DNA of 55,897 nucleotides from Pseudomonadota bacterium (GTDB lineage Bacteria; Bdellovibrionota_F; JAHFAK01; JBDREC01): NCBI GenBank assembly GCA_043820105.1, contig JBDREC010000081.1, positions 1 to 55,897 of the forward strand, read 5' to 3'. Shown piece by piece: positions 46,555 to 55,780 of this stretch (position 1 is its first letter; each line of letters starts with the position of its first letter). The notes under the pieces were generated by a model. It saw only the letters and a program-made list of their open reading frames with translations, ran no database searches and was not told where the DNA came from. The position numbers and the translations under genes were made by a program.

Positions 46555-47286
46555 TTATATTTTTCCAAATCTGCGTTCTCTATTCTTAAAAGAGTTGATT
46601 GCATCTGTCAAATCATCTTTTGTAAATTCAGGCCACATTTTTTCTGTAAAGTAAAGTTCAGAATAGGCTAATTGCCAGAGTAAAAAATTACTAATTCTAT
46701 AATCACCACCTGTTCTTATTAAAAGATCAGGATCTGGAATGTCTTTTGTGTATAGGTGCTTTGAAATAAAATCATAGTCTAGCTCATCTGGGTTTAGCTC
46801 TGAATTCTTATGCTTTTTTATTATCACTTTAATGGCATCACTTATTTCTTCACGACCAGAGTAGCTAAGAGCTAGAACAAGCGTTAAACCCTTATTGTTT
46901 TCTGTGAGCTTGATTGTTTTATCAAGTTCTTCTTTAGATTCCCTGGGGATTTTTGATAGTTTTCCAATGGCTTTAACTTTTATGTCATTATTCATAAAAG
47001 TTATTCTTTCAACCCTTATATATCTTTTAAGAAGTTTCATCAGAAAGCTTACTTCAATTTTTGGTCTTGACCAGTTTTCCGTTGAAAAAGAATATAAAGT
47101 TAGGTATTTTATGCCTAGATCAGAAGCAAAAGTTACTATATTCCTAACAGTTTCAACACCTTTAATATGCCCTTTTATACGTGGCATGCACTTGTTTTGA
47201 GCCCATCTGCCATTTCCATCCATGATAATGGCTATGTGTTTTGGGATATTTAAATTATTAGTGTTTTCAGGATTGTTTGTGACCAA
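46555..47286 (-). CDS. uppS: Undecaprenyl diphosphate synthase
   Basis: HIAIIMDGNGRWA, FSTENWSRP and RISNFLLWQ motifs. Confidence 0.97.
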   Translation of the reverse strand: MVTNNPENTNNLNIPKHIAIIMDGNGRWAQNKCMPRIKGHIKGVETVRNIVTFASDLGIKYLTLYSFSTENWSRPKIEVSFLMKLLKRYIRVERITFMNNDIKVKAIGKLSKIPRESKEELDKTIKLTENNKGLTLVLALSYSGREEISDAIKVIIKKHKNSELNPDELDYDFISKHLYTKDIPDPDLLIRTGGDYRISNFLLWQLAYSELYFTEKMWPEFTKDDLTDAINSFKNRERRFGKI

Positions 47287-47844
47287 TTAGACTTCCATTA
47301 TTTCAGCTTGTTTTTTTGTAGTAATTTCATCAACTTTTTTAATGTATTCGCCTAGGATCTTTTGAACTTGATCTTGTCCTTTATGGTTTTCGTCCTCTGT
47401 AATATCTTTATCGTTCTCCATTTTTTTTAGGGAATCATTGCTGTCTCTTCTGTGTTGTCTTAAACTAACTTTACATTCTTCGCCCATTTTATTGACAAGC
47501 TTTGAAAGTTCTTTTCTTCTTTCTTCTGTGAGATTTGGAATGGCAATTCTAATAATTTTACCATCACTTGACGGATTCAAACCAAGCTCTGATTTTAATA
47601 TAGCCTTTTCAATCGAAGCAAGTGCCGTAAGATCCCAAGGTTGAATAATAATTAATTTAGGTTCTGGGGTAGAAATATTCGCCATATTTTTCAGTGGAGT
47701 TCTTGCTCCGTAATAGTCAACTGAAATACCGTCTAATAATGCAGCTGATGCTTTTCCTGTTCTAAGTTTTGTTAGGCTCTGCCCAAAGTGGGTTAAGGAA
47801 AATTCCATTTTATCTTTTATTTCATCATAAACAAGATTAAGCAT
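47287..47844 (-). CDS. frr: Ribosome recycling factor
   Basis: LRTGKA, VDYYG and LTEERRKEL motifs; synteny. Confidence 0.97.
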   Translation of the reverse strand: MLNLVYDEIKDKMEFSLTHFGQSLTKLRTGKASAALLDGISVDYYGARTPLKNMANISTPEPKLIIIQPWDLTALASIEKAILKSELGLNPSSDGKIIRIAIPNLTEERRKELSKLVNKMGEECKVSLRQHRRDSNDSLKKMENDKDITEDENHKGQDQVQKILGEYIKKVDEITTKKQAEIMEV

Positions 47845-47928
47845 AGGTCACCTCTTTAAAATATAAAAAAATTATTGATAATTATTAAGCCTGGTTTTTT
47901 ATTTCCAAGCATAAGCTTAAATGATATT

Positions 47929-48642
47929 TTATTTAACTGTAGTTCCAATATCTTCACCCATAATTATTTTATTAATGTTTCCTTTAACAAGGAGATTAAA
48001 AACCTTTAGGGGAATATTGTTTTCTAAACATAAGGATGCTGCAGTGGCGTCTATTACTTTTAATTGATCTTTAATAACTTGCATAAACTCAAGTGATTTA
48101 AACATTTTGGCATCACTATATTTAACTGGGTCTTTATCATAGACACCATCTACTTTTGTTGCTTTTAACAAAAGGTCGGCTTTAATTTCCGCGGCTCTAA
48201 GGGCTGCAGCTGTATCTGTTGTAAAAAAAGGATTACCTGTTCCAGCTGAGAAGATTACAACCTTATTAGCATTCAAATATTGGCAAGCTTTTTCTGTTGA
48301 AAAAACTTCAGCTATTGGAGACATGTTGATAGCACTCATAACAACAGAATTTATATTGATGGATTGAAACGTTTGTTTTAAAGCTAAGCTGTTTATAACT
48401 GTTGCAAGCATACCCATGTGGTCGCCAGTAACTCTGTCTTGACCTTGAGCTGAAGCTTCCATTCCTCTGAAGATATTACCACCACCAATTACAATGGCAA
48501 CTTGACATTGCTTTATGACAACTTCTTTTATTTCACAGCAGATTCTATTAATAAATTCAGAATCAATTCCAGTACCTTTATCCCCGCTTAAAGCTTCACC
48601 ACTGAGCTTTAGAAGTACTCTTGAATACTTTGGATTAGTCAC
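47929..48642 (-). CDS. pyrH: UMP kinase
   Basis: LLKLSGEAL, GGGNIFRG and GNPFFTTDTAA motifs. Confidence 0.97.
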   Translation of the reverse strand: MTNPKYSRVLLKLSGEALSGDKGTGIDSEFINRICCEIKEVVIKQCQVAIVIGGGNIFRGMEASAQGQDRVTGDHMGMLATVINSLALKQTFQSININSVVMSAINMSPIAEVFSTEKACQYLNANKVVIFSAGTGNPFFTTDTAAALRAAEIKADLLLKATKVDGVYDKDPVKYSDAKMFKSLEFMQVIKDQLKVIDATAASLCLENNIPLKVFNLLVKGNINKIIMGEDIGTTVK

Positions 48643-48644
48643 TT

Positions 48645-49244
48645 TTATTCTTCTCCAAGTTTGAATCTTGCAAATCTTTTTACCGAGATTTTTTCACCAA
48701 TTTTTAAAAAGCTTTCTTTGATTCTTTCTTCAACAGTAATTTTATCATTTTTAACAAATGGTTGTTCTAAAAGACAGACTTCCTGGTACATTTTTTTCAC
48801 TTTGCCTGCAACGATGTTAGGAATGATATTTTCTGGTTTTCCCTCATTCTTTAATTGTGTAATAAAAATTTCTTTTTCTTTTTCAATATAATCTACTGGA
48901 ACTTTATCACTTGATAAAAAAGGAGGATTTAAAGCTGCAATATGCATAGCAATGTCTTTTCCCAGTTCATCAAAGTCCTCTGTTTTTGCAACAAAATCTG
49001 TTTCACAATTTAGTTCTAATAGAACACCAACTTTTCCACCTGGATGTATATATGATAATACTTTGCCTTCTTTTGTTTCTTTGCTTTCTCTTTTAGCAGC
49101 TTTTGCTAAGCCTTTTTCTCGAAGTATTATAATTGCCTTTTCAAAATCACCTTCAGAATCCTGAAGTGCTTTTTTGCAATCCATCATGCCTACACCTGTT
49201 TTTTCTCTTAATTCTTTTACTAATTTTGCAGATATTTCAGCCAT
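48645..49244 (-). CDS. tsf: Elongation factor Ts (short form)
   Basis: LREKTGVGMMDCKKAL and ELNCETDFVA motifs. Confidence 0.97.
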   Translation of the reverse strand: MAEISAKLVKELREKTGVGMMDCKKALQDSEGDFEKAIIILREKGLAKAAKRESKETKEGKVLSYIHPGGKVGVLLELNCETDFVAKTEDFDELGKDIAMHIAALNPPFLSSDKVPVDYIEKEKEIFITQLKNEGKPENIIPNIVAGKVKKMYQEVCLLEQPFVKNDKITVEERIKESFLKIGEKISVKRFARFKLGEE

Positions 49245-49284
49245 TTGAAACTCCTAGGGTACTATTAATAATTTGCAGATTGTT

Positions 49285-50142
49285 TTATTCTTCGTTTTTT
49301 TCGTCAGTAGATTGATTAAGGGGATCTGTTTGTTCTTCTATAACTTTTTTATCTTCAGCTTTTCTTTTTGCAACAATTTGAGGTTCTTTTTCATGAGATT
49401 CTTCAACTTTCTTTTTCTTTTCTGGTCTGGCTTGCTTTTGTCCCCTTATTTTCTTTTCAAAAACCTTAGAGCCATCATTACAAGCTTCAGTAATTTTACT
49501 GATAAATAACCTAATTGACCTTATTGCATCGTCATTTCCAGGTACAATAAAATCAATAACATCAGGATCACAGTTAGTATCAGTTAATGCGATAACAGGA
49601 ATACTTAGTTTTCTAGCTTCAGCGATTGCAATTTTTTCTTTATTTGGATCAACAATAATAATAGCTCCTGGAAGTGCTTTCATGTCTTCAATACCTGAAA
49701 GAACTCTTTTAAGTTTATCAACTTCTCTGTTCATTTTTAGAACTTCTTTTTTCTTTAGTCTATCAGCTACACCATCAGCTAATTGTTTTTCCATAGTTTG
49801 CATTCTGTTGATTGAATTGCGAATAGTAGAAAAATTTGTAAGCATTCCACCAAGCCATCTGTGTGTAACAAAATTCATATTACATTTTGCAACTTCTTCC
49901 TGGATTGTTTCGCTAAATTGTTTTTTGGTTCCAACAAATAATACTTTGTTTCCTGAAGAAACTGTATCAACTACAAAATCAAGAGCATTTCTAAATAGTT
50001 TTGCTGATTTTCTCAAGTCAAGAATATGAATTCCATTTCTAGATCCAAAAATATAAGGTTTCATTTTTGGATTCCATCTCTGTGTGATATGGCCAAAATG
50101 TGTACCAGCTTCTAGCATCTCTCTAATTGTAACGTTCGCCAT
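49285..50142 (-). CDS. rpsB: 30S ribosomal protein S2
   Basis: AGTHFGH, RWLGGMLTNF, DTNCDPD and PGNDDAIRS motifs. Confidence 0.98.
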   Translation of the reverse strand: MANVTIREMLEAGTHFGHITQRWNPKMKPYIFGSRNGIHILDLRKSAKLFRNALDFVVDTVSSGNKVLFVGTKKQFSETIQEEVAKCNMNFVTHRWLGGMLTNFSTIRNSINRMQTMEKQLADGVADRLKKKEVLKMNREVDKLKRVLSGIEDMKALPGAIIIVDPNKEKIAIAEARKLSIPVIALTDTNCDPDVIDFIVPGNDDAIRSIRLFISKITEACNDGSKVFEKKIRGQKQARPEKKKKVEESHEKEPQIVAKRKAEDKKVIEEQTDPLNQSTDEKNEE

Positions 50143-50242
50143 CTAAAATTCTCCTAAAATAGTTACTTAAATCTTTTATTTTATTTTCTCTAAAAGTCGT
50201 TTTAATAAATATAAAACCCAATAATTTTAAATTCTTAAAAAC

Positions 50243-50273
50243 ATTTTGAATTTTGAATTTTGAATTTTCAATT
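50243..50273. repeat. (ATTTTGA)n tract in the rpsB leader
   Basis: attttgaattttgaattttgaattttcaatt. Confidence 0.85.
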
Positions 50274-50321
50274 ATTTAGACGTGCCTTTTAGCTTATAAT
50301 ATAATAGAATGTCAAGATTTT

Positions 50322-50939
50322 TTAAACTTCAATTTCCCTGTTTATATAGTCATCTCTATAGGCAAGAGGCTTATTTAGTATTTCTGAAATTACTATGCCA
50401 TAAGCTAATTCATTCTTTATTGAGGGAAAGGGTGTATTGTTTTTATTTTTAGATGCTTTCTTTTTTAGAGGTTCTTTCTGTAACTCTATATTATGAAAAG
50501 GCTTTAAGGGTTCTCTAAACTCATCATCATTTTCTGGATTATTATTGAGATTTGCTTCCATATCAAGCTTTTGTTCTTTTATTACTGTTTCGTAATTATC
50601 AAATTCCTCTTCATCTTCTTTTGGAAGAAACATTTCTAAAACCTTTTTTTCAAAAGCAGTCTTTGGGTAATCAGGTTTTTCTTCAAAAATATGTTTTTTG
50701 TGAGTATCTTTTATGGCTTCTTCTTGATCTTGATAATAGGGGGCTTGATCTTCATTGTTATCTGCTTCATAGTCGTATTCGCTTTCATCTTCTTTGGTTG
50801 AAGCTGCATCTTGAGTTTGCCTATCCTGATTTCCCTTATAAGGATCACGTTTTGCTCGTTTTAGTAATTCTTTAACAAAACCACCAAAAACAACTATGAG
50901 TATAATCAATATGCTTAATATGTCGTCAAATTTATCCAT
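50322..50939 (-). CDS. Membrane-anchored acidic protein downstream of floA (YqfB-like position)
   Basis: N-terminal TM helix; C-terminal GIVISEILNKPLA motif typical of floA-associated genes. Confidence 0.7.
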   Translation of the reverse strand: MDKFDDILSILIILIVVFGGFVKELLKRAKRDPYKGNQDRQTQDAASTKEDESEYDYEADNNEDQAPYYQDQEEAIKDTHKKHIFEEKPDYPKTAFEKKVLEMFLPKEDEEEFDNYETVIKEQKLDMEANLNNNPENDDEFREPLKPFHNIELQKEPLKKKASKNKNNTPFPSIKNELAYGIVISEILNKPLAYRDDYINREIEV

Positions 50940-50971
50940 TTATTAATAGTTAACCTTTTTGATTAGTGTTT

Positions 50972-51000
50972 AATTAAAAAATTAAAAAATTAAAAAATTA
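50972..51000. repeat. Octamer (AATTAAAA)n tract after the floA stop codon
   Basis: aattaaaaaattaaaaaattaaaaaatta. Confidence 0.7.
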
Positions 51001-51004
51001 CTAT

Positions 51005-52000
51005 TTAATCATTCCCAGAATCTTCCTTCTTATCTGTTGATTGTGAAATTGATTGCCTCATATTTGTGTCTGCTTGAACATTTTTAAATTTTAAATAGTC
51101 CATAATTCCAAGGTTTCCTGATCTGAATGCTTCAGCCATTGCCAGTGGCACCTGGGCTTCTGCTTCAACTACCTTTGATTTCATCTCAATGACTCTTGCT
51201 TTCATTTCTTGTTCTTGAGCAATCGCCATAGCTCTTCTTCCTTCTGCCTTTGCTTGCGCTATTTTTTTATCAGCTTCTGCTTGAGCTGTTTGTAGTTGTG
51301 CTCCAACATTTTGTCCTACATCAACATCTGCTATATCAATTGATAGAATTTCAAAGGCTGTCCCTGCATCAAGTCCTTTTGCTAATACATTTTTCGAAAT
51401 TGAATCTGGATTTTCAAGTACTGCTTTATAGTCTATTGCTGAGCCTATAGTAGTAACAATACCTTCACCGACTCTGGCTACAACAGTATCTTCTCCAGCC
51501 CCTCCTACGAGTCTTTCAATATTTGCTCTAACTGTAACTTTTGCCAATGCTTTTAGCTGAATTCCATCTTTAGCTACAGCTGCAATTATTGGAGTGTGTA
51601 TAACTTTTGGATTAACTGACATTTTAACAGCTTCCAGCACATCTCTTCCTGCTAGATCAATGGCTGCTGCTCTATCAAATTTTAAATCTATATTTGCTTT
51701 ATCAGCGGAAATTAAAGCCATTATAACCCTTGGGACATGCCCACCTGCCAAATAATGTGCCTCTAGTTTTTCAATGGGAATATCTAGGCCTGCTTTAACT
51801 GCATTTATTCTTGGTTCAACAATTATTTTTGGTGGAATTTTTCGAAGTCTCATTCCAATTAAAGAAATAAGCTTAACATTGGCTCCTGATGCCCAAGCAG
51901 CTATCCAAAGCTGAACAGGAATTATCCAGGTAAAGGTGATTAAAAAGAAAAAGAAACCAACTAAAATTGCTCCTACCAGGAAGCCTGAGCTTACGACCAT
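51005..52000 (-). CDS. floA: Flotillin-like protein FloA (YqfA/UPF0365)
   Basis: [29 protein letters not shown] and [17 protein letters not shown] motifs; AAGGAG RBS before ATG 52000. Confidence 0.95.
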   Translation of the reverse strand: MVVSSGFLVGAILVGFFFFLITFTWIIPVQLWIAAWASGANVKLISLIGMRLRKIPPKIIVEPRINAVKAGLDIPIEKLEAHYLAGGHVPRVIMALISADKANIDLKFDRAAAIDLAGRDVLEAVKMSVNPKVIHTPIIAAVAKDGIQLKALAKVTVRANIERLVGGAGEDTVVARVGEGIVTTIGSAIDYKAVLENPDSISKNVLAKGLDAGTAFEILSIDIADVDVGQNVGAQLQTAQAEADKKIAQAKAEGRRAMAIAQEQEMKARVIEMKSKVVEAEAQVPLAMAEAFRSGNLGIMDYLKFKNVQADTNMRQSISQSTDKKEDSGND

Positions 52001-52016
52001 TGTGAACTCCTTTTTA

Positions 52017-52070
52017 TAAGTGGTAAGTGGTATGTGGTAAGTGGTAAGTTTAGGCTTACGACTTACGGCT
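52017..52070. repeat. CTTACCA-family tract/hairpin before the floA RBS (sense strand reads CTTACCA)
   Basis: taagtggtaagtggtatgtggtaagtggtaagt ttagg cttacgacttacggct. Confidence 0.88.
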
Positions 52071-52152
52071 AATAACTTAATATATTCAAAAGAAATCAAT
52101 ATAGTTGCATTAAATGAAAAGGAAAGAAAAAAATGAAATTAAGTTTTTTCTT

Positions 52153-52743
52153 TTATGGAATATAATGGTAGCCTTTTCCGTATATTTTAATAAGATCACA
52201 GTTTTCACTTTTAATTTTATCATTGAAATCTACAACTATTCCATTGGCATTTCCATCTTGATCACTCATAAAAGCAAAATAAAAAAGATTGCTAATTGCA
52301 TTTGGAGCTAATTTCCTGGATAGGCTACTGGCAATTCTTTGTAATCTTGTGAACTCTTGAGTAAAATAGGGAACTACAAATAAAGAAAAAGAATATAGAT
52401 CTCCTAGGTCTTTTAATAAGAGTTTGATTAGGCTTTGGTAACATGGAAAAGGATTTATATCTGTATTGAATAGATCACCATTTGGATCAAGAGATTCTGC
52501 ATTTAAATAATATTCAGTTAAATTGCTTAATTTTAGATTTTCATATTCTTTGCCATTAAAACGAATTGTTTCTATTTTTAAATTTTTAGGAATTGATGCT
52601 TTCCATACTTCTTCAGTCAATAAGTCAGCAAGCTCATTTCCTTCATTTGTTACCATGTCACATAGAATTGCAGACTGTGGAAATATATTGGATATTGTTA
52701 GAATAAGGAAAATACAAATCATATAATTGTTCAAATATTTCAT
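52153..52743 (-). CDS. Secreted hypothetical protein
   Basis: Signal-peptide-like N-terminus, 196 aa. Confidence 0.65.
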   Translation of the reverse strand: MKYLNNYMICIFLILTISNIFPQSAILCDMVTNEGNELADLLTEEVWKASIPKNLKIETIRFNGKEYENLKLSNLTEYYLNAESLDPNGDLFNTDINPFPCYQSLIKLLLKDLGDLYSFSLFVVPYFTQEFTRLQRIASSLSRKLAPNAISNLFYFAFMSDQDGNANGIVVDFNDKIKSENCDLIKIYGKGYHYIP

Positions 52744-52862
52744 AATAATTATCCCTAAAAAAAAATTTTCTCCTTTATATCATACAATAACGCCCGGTGT
52801 CAAATGAAATCTGGGTGAAAACATTTGACTTTTTAGCATTAATCTGAAATTCAAGCCCACAT

Positions 52863-52923
52863 TAAGTGCTAGTGGTAAATTATAAGTAATACTTAACACT
52901 TACCGCTTACCACTTACCACTTA
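52863..52923. repeat. CTTACCA-family hairpin before the pta RBS
   Basis: taagtgctagtggtaaattataagt aat acttaacacttaccgcttaccacttaccactta. Confidence 0.88.
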
Positions 52924-52942
52924 TTTTACTGGAGGTTACCAA

Positions 52943-53938
52943 ATGGACATTATCTCAAAATTTAAAGCATTAGCTAAATCAAATAAAAAAAGAATCGTCC
53001 TTCCCGAAGGTTGTGAACCAAGGACAGTCGAAGCTGCTTCTATTATTACAAAAGAAGGGCTTGCTGAAGTTGTGTTACTTGGAAAAAGGGAATATGTTGA
53101 GAAAACAGCAGCTGATCATAATATTAATATTTCAGATATTACTGTCATTGATCCTGAAACTTCTGAAAAGCTCAATGAATATGCAAATACCTTTTATGAA
53201 TTAAGAAAACATAAGGGTGTTTCAGAAAATGATGCTATTAAGACCTGTAAGGATGAAATTTATTTTGCAACCATGATGGTGCATGCAGGTGATGCTGATG
53301 GCTTTGTTTCTGGTGCTGAACATTCAACTGGTGATACAATTAGACCACCTTTACAAATTATTAAGACGAAGCCTGGCATTAATTCTATTTCCTCATCCTT
53401 TGTAATGATTGTTCCAGATTGTGACTTAGGTGATGATGGCATGTTCATTTTTGCAGATTGTGCAGTTAATCCAAATCCAACAGCTGAACAGCTTGGTGAA
53501 ATCGCTGTGGCTTCTGCTGAAACAGCTCGTGTACTATGTCAAATGGATCCAAGGGTTGCCATGCTTTCATTTTCAACAAAAGGTTCAGCTAAACATGAAT
53601 TAGCTGATAAAGTTATTAAGGCAACAGAAGTGGCTTTAAGCATTAATCCTGAACTTAAAATTGATGGCGAGTTTCAAGCTGACGCAGCTATCATTCATTC
53701 TATTGGAGTTAAAAAGGCTCCAGGAAGTAAAATCGCTGGTCAAGCAAATGTCTTAGTTTTCCCAGACCTTCAATCAGGAAATATCGCATATAAATTAGTT
53801 CAAAGACTTGCAAAAGCAGAAGCTGTTGGCCCAATATTACAAGGCTTGAATAAACCAGTTAATGATTTATCAAGAGGTTGTTCAGTTGAAGATATAGTTA
53901 ATGTCACGGCAATTACTGCAGTTCAGGCACAGGGATAA
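52943..53938 (+). CDS. pta: Phosphate acetyltransferase
   Basis: IVLPEG, FADCAVNPNP, DGEFQADAA, FPDLQSGNIAYK and NDLSRGCS motifs. Confidence 0.97.
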   Translation: MDIISKFKALAKSNKKRIVLPEGCEPRTVEAASIITKEGLAEVVLLGKREYVEKTAADHNINISDITVIDPETSEKLNEYANTFYELRKHKGVSENDAIKTCKDEIYFATMMVHAGDADGFVSGAEHSTGDTIRPPLQIIKTKPGINSISSSFVMIVPDCDLGDDGMFIFADCAVNPNPTAEQLGEIAVASAETARVLCQMDPRVAMLSFSTKGSAKHELADKVIKATEVALSINPELKIDGEFQADAAIIHSIGVKKAPGSKIAGQANVLVFPDLQSGNIAYKLVQRLAKAEAVGPILQGLNKPVNDLSRGCSVEDIVNVTAITAVQAQG

Positions 53939-53943
53939 GGGAC

Positions 53944-54014
53944 AAGTGGTAAGTGGTAAGTGGTAAGTGGTAAGTGGTAAGTGGTAAGAATATTCTTACC
54001 AGCAACTAGCAACT
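53944..54014. repeat. (AAGTGGT)6 after the pta stop, then (AGCAACT)n before the ackA RBS
   Basis: aagtggt x6 at 53944-53988; accagcaactagcaact at 53998-54014. Confidence 0.92.
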
Positions 54015-54032
54015 TAAATAACGGAGTAAAAA

Positions 54033-55424
54033 ATGTTAATACTAAGCATAAACTCAGGCAGTTCTTCTGTTAAATTCATGCTATATGATTTTTTTAAGAA
54101 GCAGGCTTTGGCGACTGGATCAGTTGAACGAATTGGCATTGGTGATAGTTTTATTAACTATCACGCGATAGATGCTTCTCCTATTAAAATAAAAAAAGAA
54201 TGTGCTACACATAAAGAAGCAATTGAAGCCTTTATGGATACAGTTCTAGATTCTGAAATTGGTGTATTAGACGATCTTAATAAGATTAATGCTGTTGGAC
54301 ATAGAGTGGTTCATGGTGGTGAAAAATTTAAAAAATCTGTTTTAATTACTCCTGAGCTTATTCAAACTTTCAAAGATCTTTATGATTTAGCTCCTCTTCA
54401 TAATCCTCCTAACGTAGCTGGTATTGAAGCTGCAATGGAAGTTTTCCCTCAGGCAAAACATATGGCTATTTTAGATACAGCATGGCATCAAACAATGCCT
54501 GCCCATTCTTATATGTATGCTCTTCCTTATGAGTGGTATACAGACTATGGAATCAGAAGATATGGGTTTCATGGAACATCTTATCTCTATGTTGCAAAAA
54601 GAGCAGCCTTATTATTAGGCAAAGATCCATTGAAATGTAATTTGATTATTTTACACATTGGTAATGGTGTTTCAGCTTGCGCTGTAAAAAATGGCAGGTC
54701 ATATGATACGAGCATGGGCTTAACTCCATTGGAAGGTTTAATCATGGGAACAAGAGCTGGAGATCATGACCCAGCTATAGATTTTTTCATGATGGAAAAA
54801 GAAAATAAAAGCCCAAAAGACATGAATAATATTTTAAATAAAAATTCAGGAATACTTGGTATTACAGGTAAATATACAGACAGAAGAGATGTGGAAAACG
54901 CAGCAGAAGATGGTGATGAAAGGGCAAAGCTTGCAATTGAAATGGAAGCCTATAGAATTAGAAAGTATATTGGCTCTTATATGGCGGCCATTGGTGGCGC
55001 AGATGCAATTGTTTTTACAGCAGGTGTTGGTGAAATGTCTTATGTTATCAGAGAAAAAGCATTGCAAGATCTTGAGTTTATGGGAATTAAAATTGATCTT
55101 GTTAGAAATGCTTTAGCAAGAACTAGAAATGCTGAGACAGCCATTTGTACTCCTGATTCAGAGGTTAAGGTTTTTGTTATTCCAACTGATGAAGAAAGAG
55201 TTTTTATTGAAGATGTAGTCGCTATATTAGAAAATCGCTATGATGAACACACAAAATTTAGATATAGATTCCAATCACCAAGTTATGTAAATGAACAAAG
55301 AGAGCAAGAATTCAAAAAAGAATGCCGTTCAAATCCAGCTATGAGACCAATGCAGGTAAGACCTGTTGATTATCTGGATGAAGATGTTATTCCTGACCAT
55401 AAAATCACACCACATACAGATTAA
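54033..55424 (+). CDS. ackA: Acetate kinase with a C-terminal extension
   Basis: INSGSSSVK, GHRVVHGG, APLHNP, RRYGFHGTS, TPLEGLIMGTR and PTDEE motifs. Confidence 0.97.
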   Translation: MLILSINSGSSSVKFMLYDFFKKQALATGSVERIGIGDSFINYHAIDASPIKIKKECATHKEAIEAFMDTVLDSEIGVLDDLNKINAVGHRVVHGGEKFKKSVLITPELIQTFKDLYDLAPLHNPPNVAGIEAAMEVFPQAKHMAILDTAWHQTMPAHSYMYALPYEWYTDYGIRRYGFHGTSYLYVAKRAALLLGKDPLKCNLIILHIGNGVSACAVKNGRSYDTSMGLTPLEGLIMGTRAGDHDPAIDFFMMEKENKSPKDMNNILNKNSGILGITGKYTDRRDVENAAEDGDERAKLAIEMEAYRIRKYIGSYMAAIGGADAIVFTAGVGEMSYVIREKALQDLEFMGIKIDLVRNALARTRNAETAICTPDSEVKVFVIPTDEERVFIEDVVAILENRYDEHTKFRYRFQSPSYVNEQREQEFKKECRSNPAMRPMQVRPVDYLDEDVIPDHKITPHTD

Positions 55425-55449
55425 AAAGCTAACACCAATTATTTTTTAT

Positions 55450-55649
55450 GAAAATCTCAGGGAAGTTATTTTAAAAAGGGCATGCGCCCCAGTCGGCCCA
55501 CTCGGTCGGAAAAAGCTATTATTTTCTAATTTTTAAAGAGCTTTATTCTTACGCTTTTAAAAATAAGAAAATAATAACTTTTTCCTCCTTAGTTAGGCCT
55601 CCTTCCTGGCTTTTTATGCCCTTTTTAAAACAACTTCCCTGAGATTTTC
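55450..55649. mobile_element. 200-nt MITE-like nested palindrome with 34-bp terminal inverted repeats
   Basis: gaaaatctcagggaagttattttaaaaagggcat pairs with atgccctttttaaaacaacttccctgagattttc (1 mismatch). Inner ggaaaaagctattattttct pairs with agaaaataataactttttcc. Confidence 0.8.
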
Positions 55650-55752
55650 TTATATAAAAAATACGGATCATCTCCAATTTGAATACCTAAACAATAGAGC
55701 AGCAGTTTTCAGTTAAATCTGAGAAGAAGAACACAAAAAATCATTAACCTCA

Positions 55753-55780
55753 TCTTAATCCTAATCATAATCATAATCCT
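55753..55780. repeat. (nTAATC)n hexamer tract, same family as 43468-43498
   Basis: tcttaatcctaatcataatcataatcct. Confidence 0.7.

Noticed and set aside
48645-49244. Truncated EF-Ts
   Set aside because: The ~200-aa form is a known natural variant in several phyla.
17723-55116. Numerous short antisense or off-frame ORFs inside conserved genes
   Set aside because: They are fully overlapped by well-supported CDSs and show no motifs.
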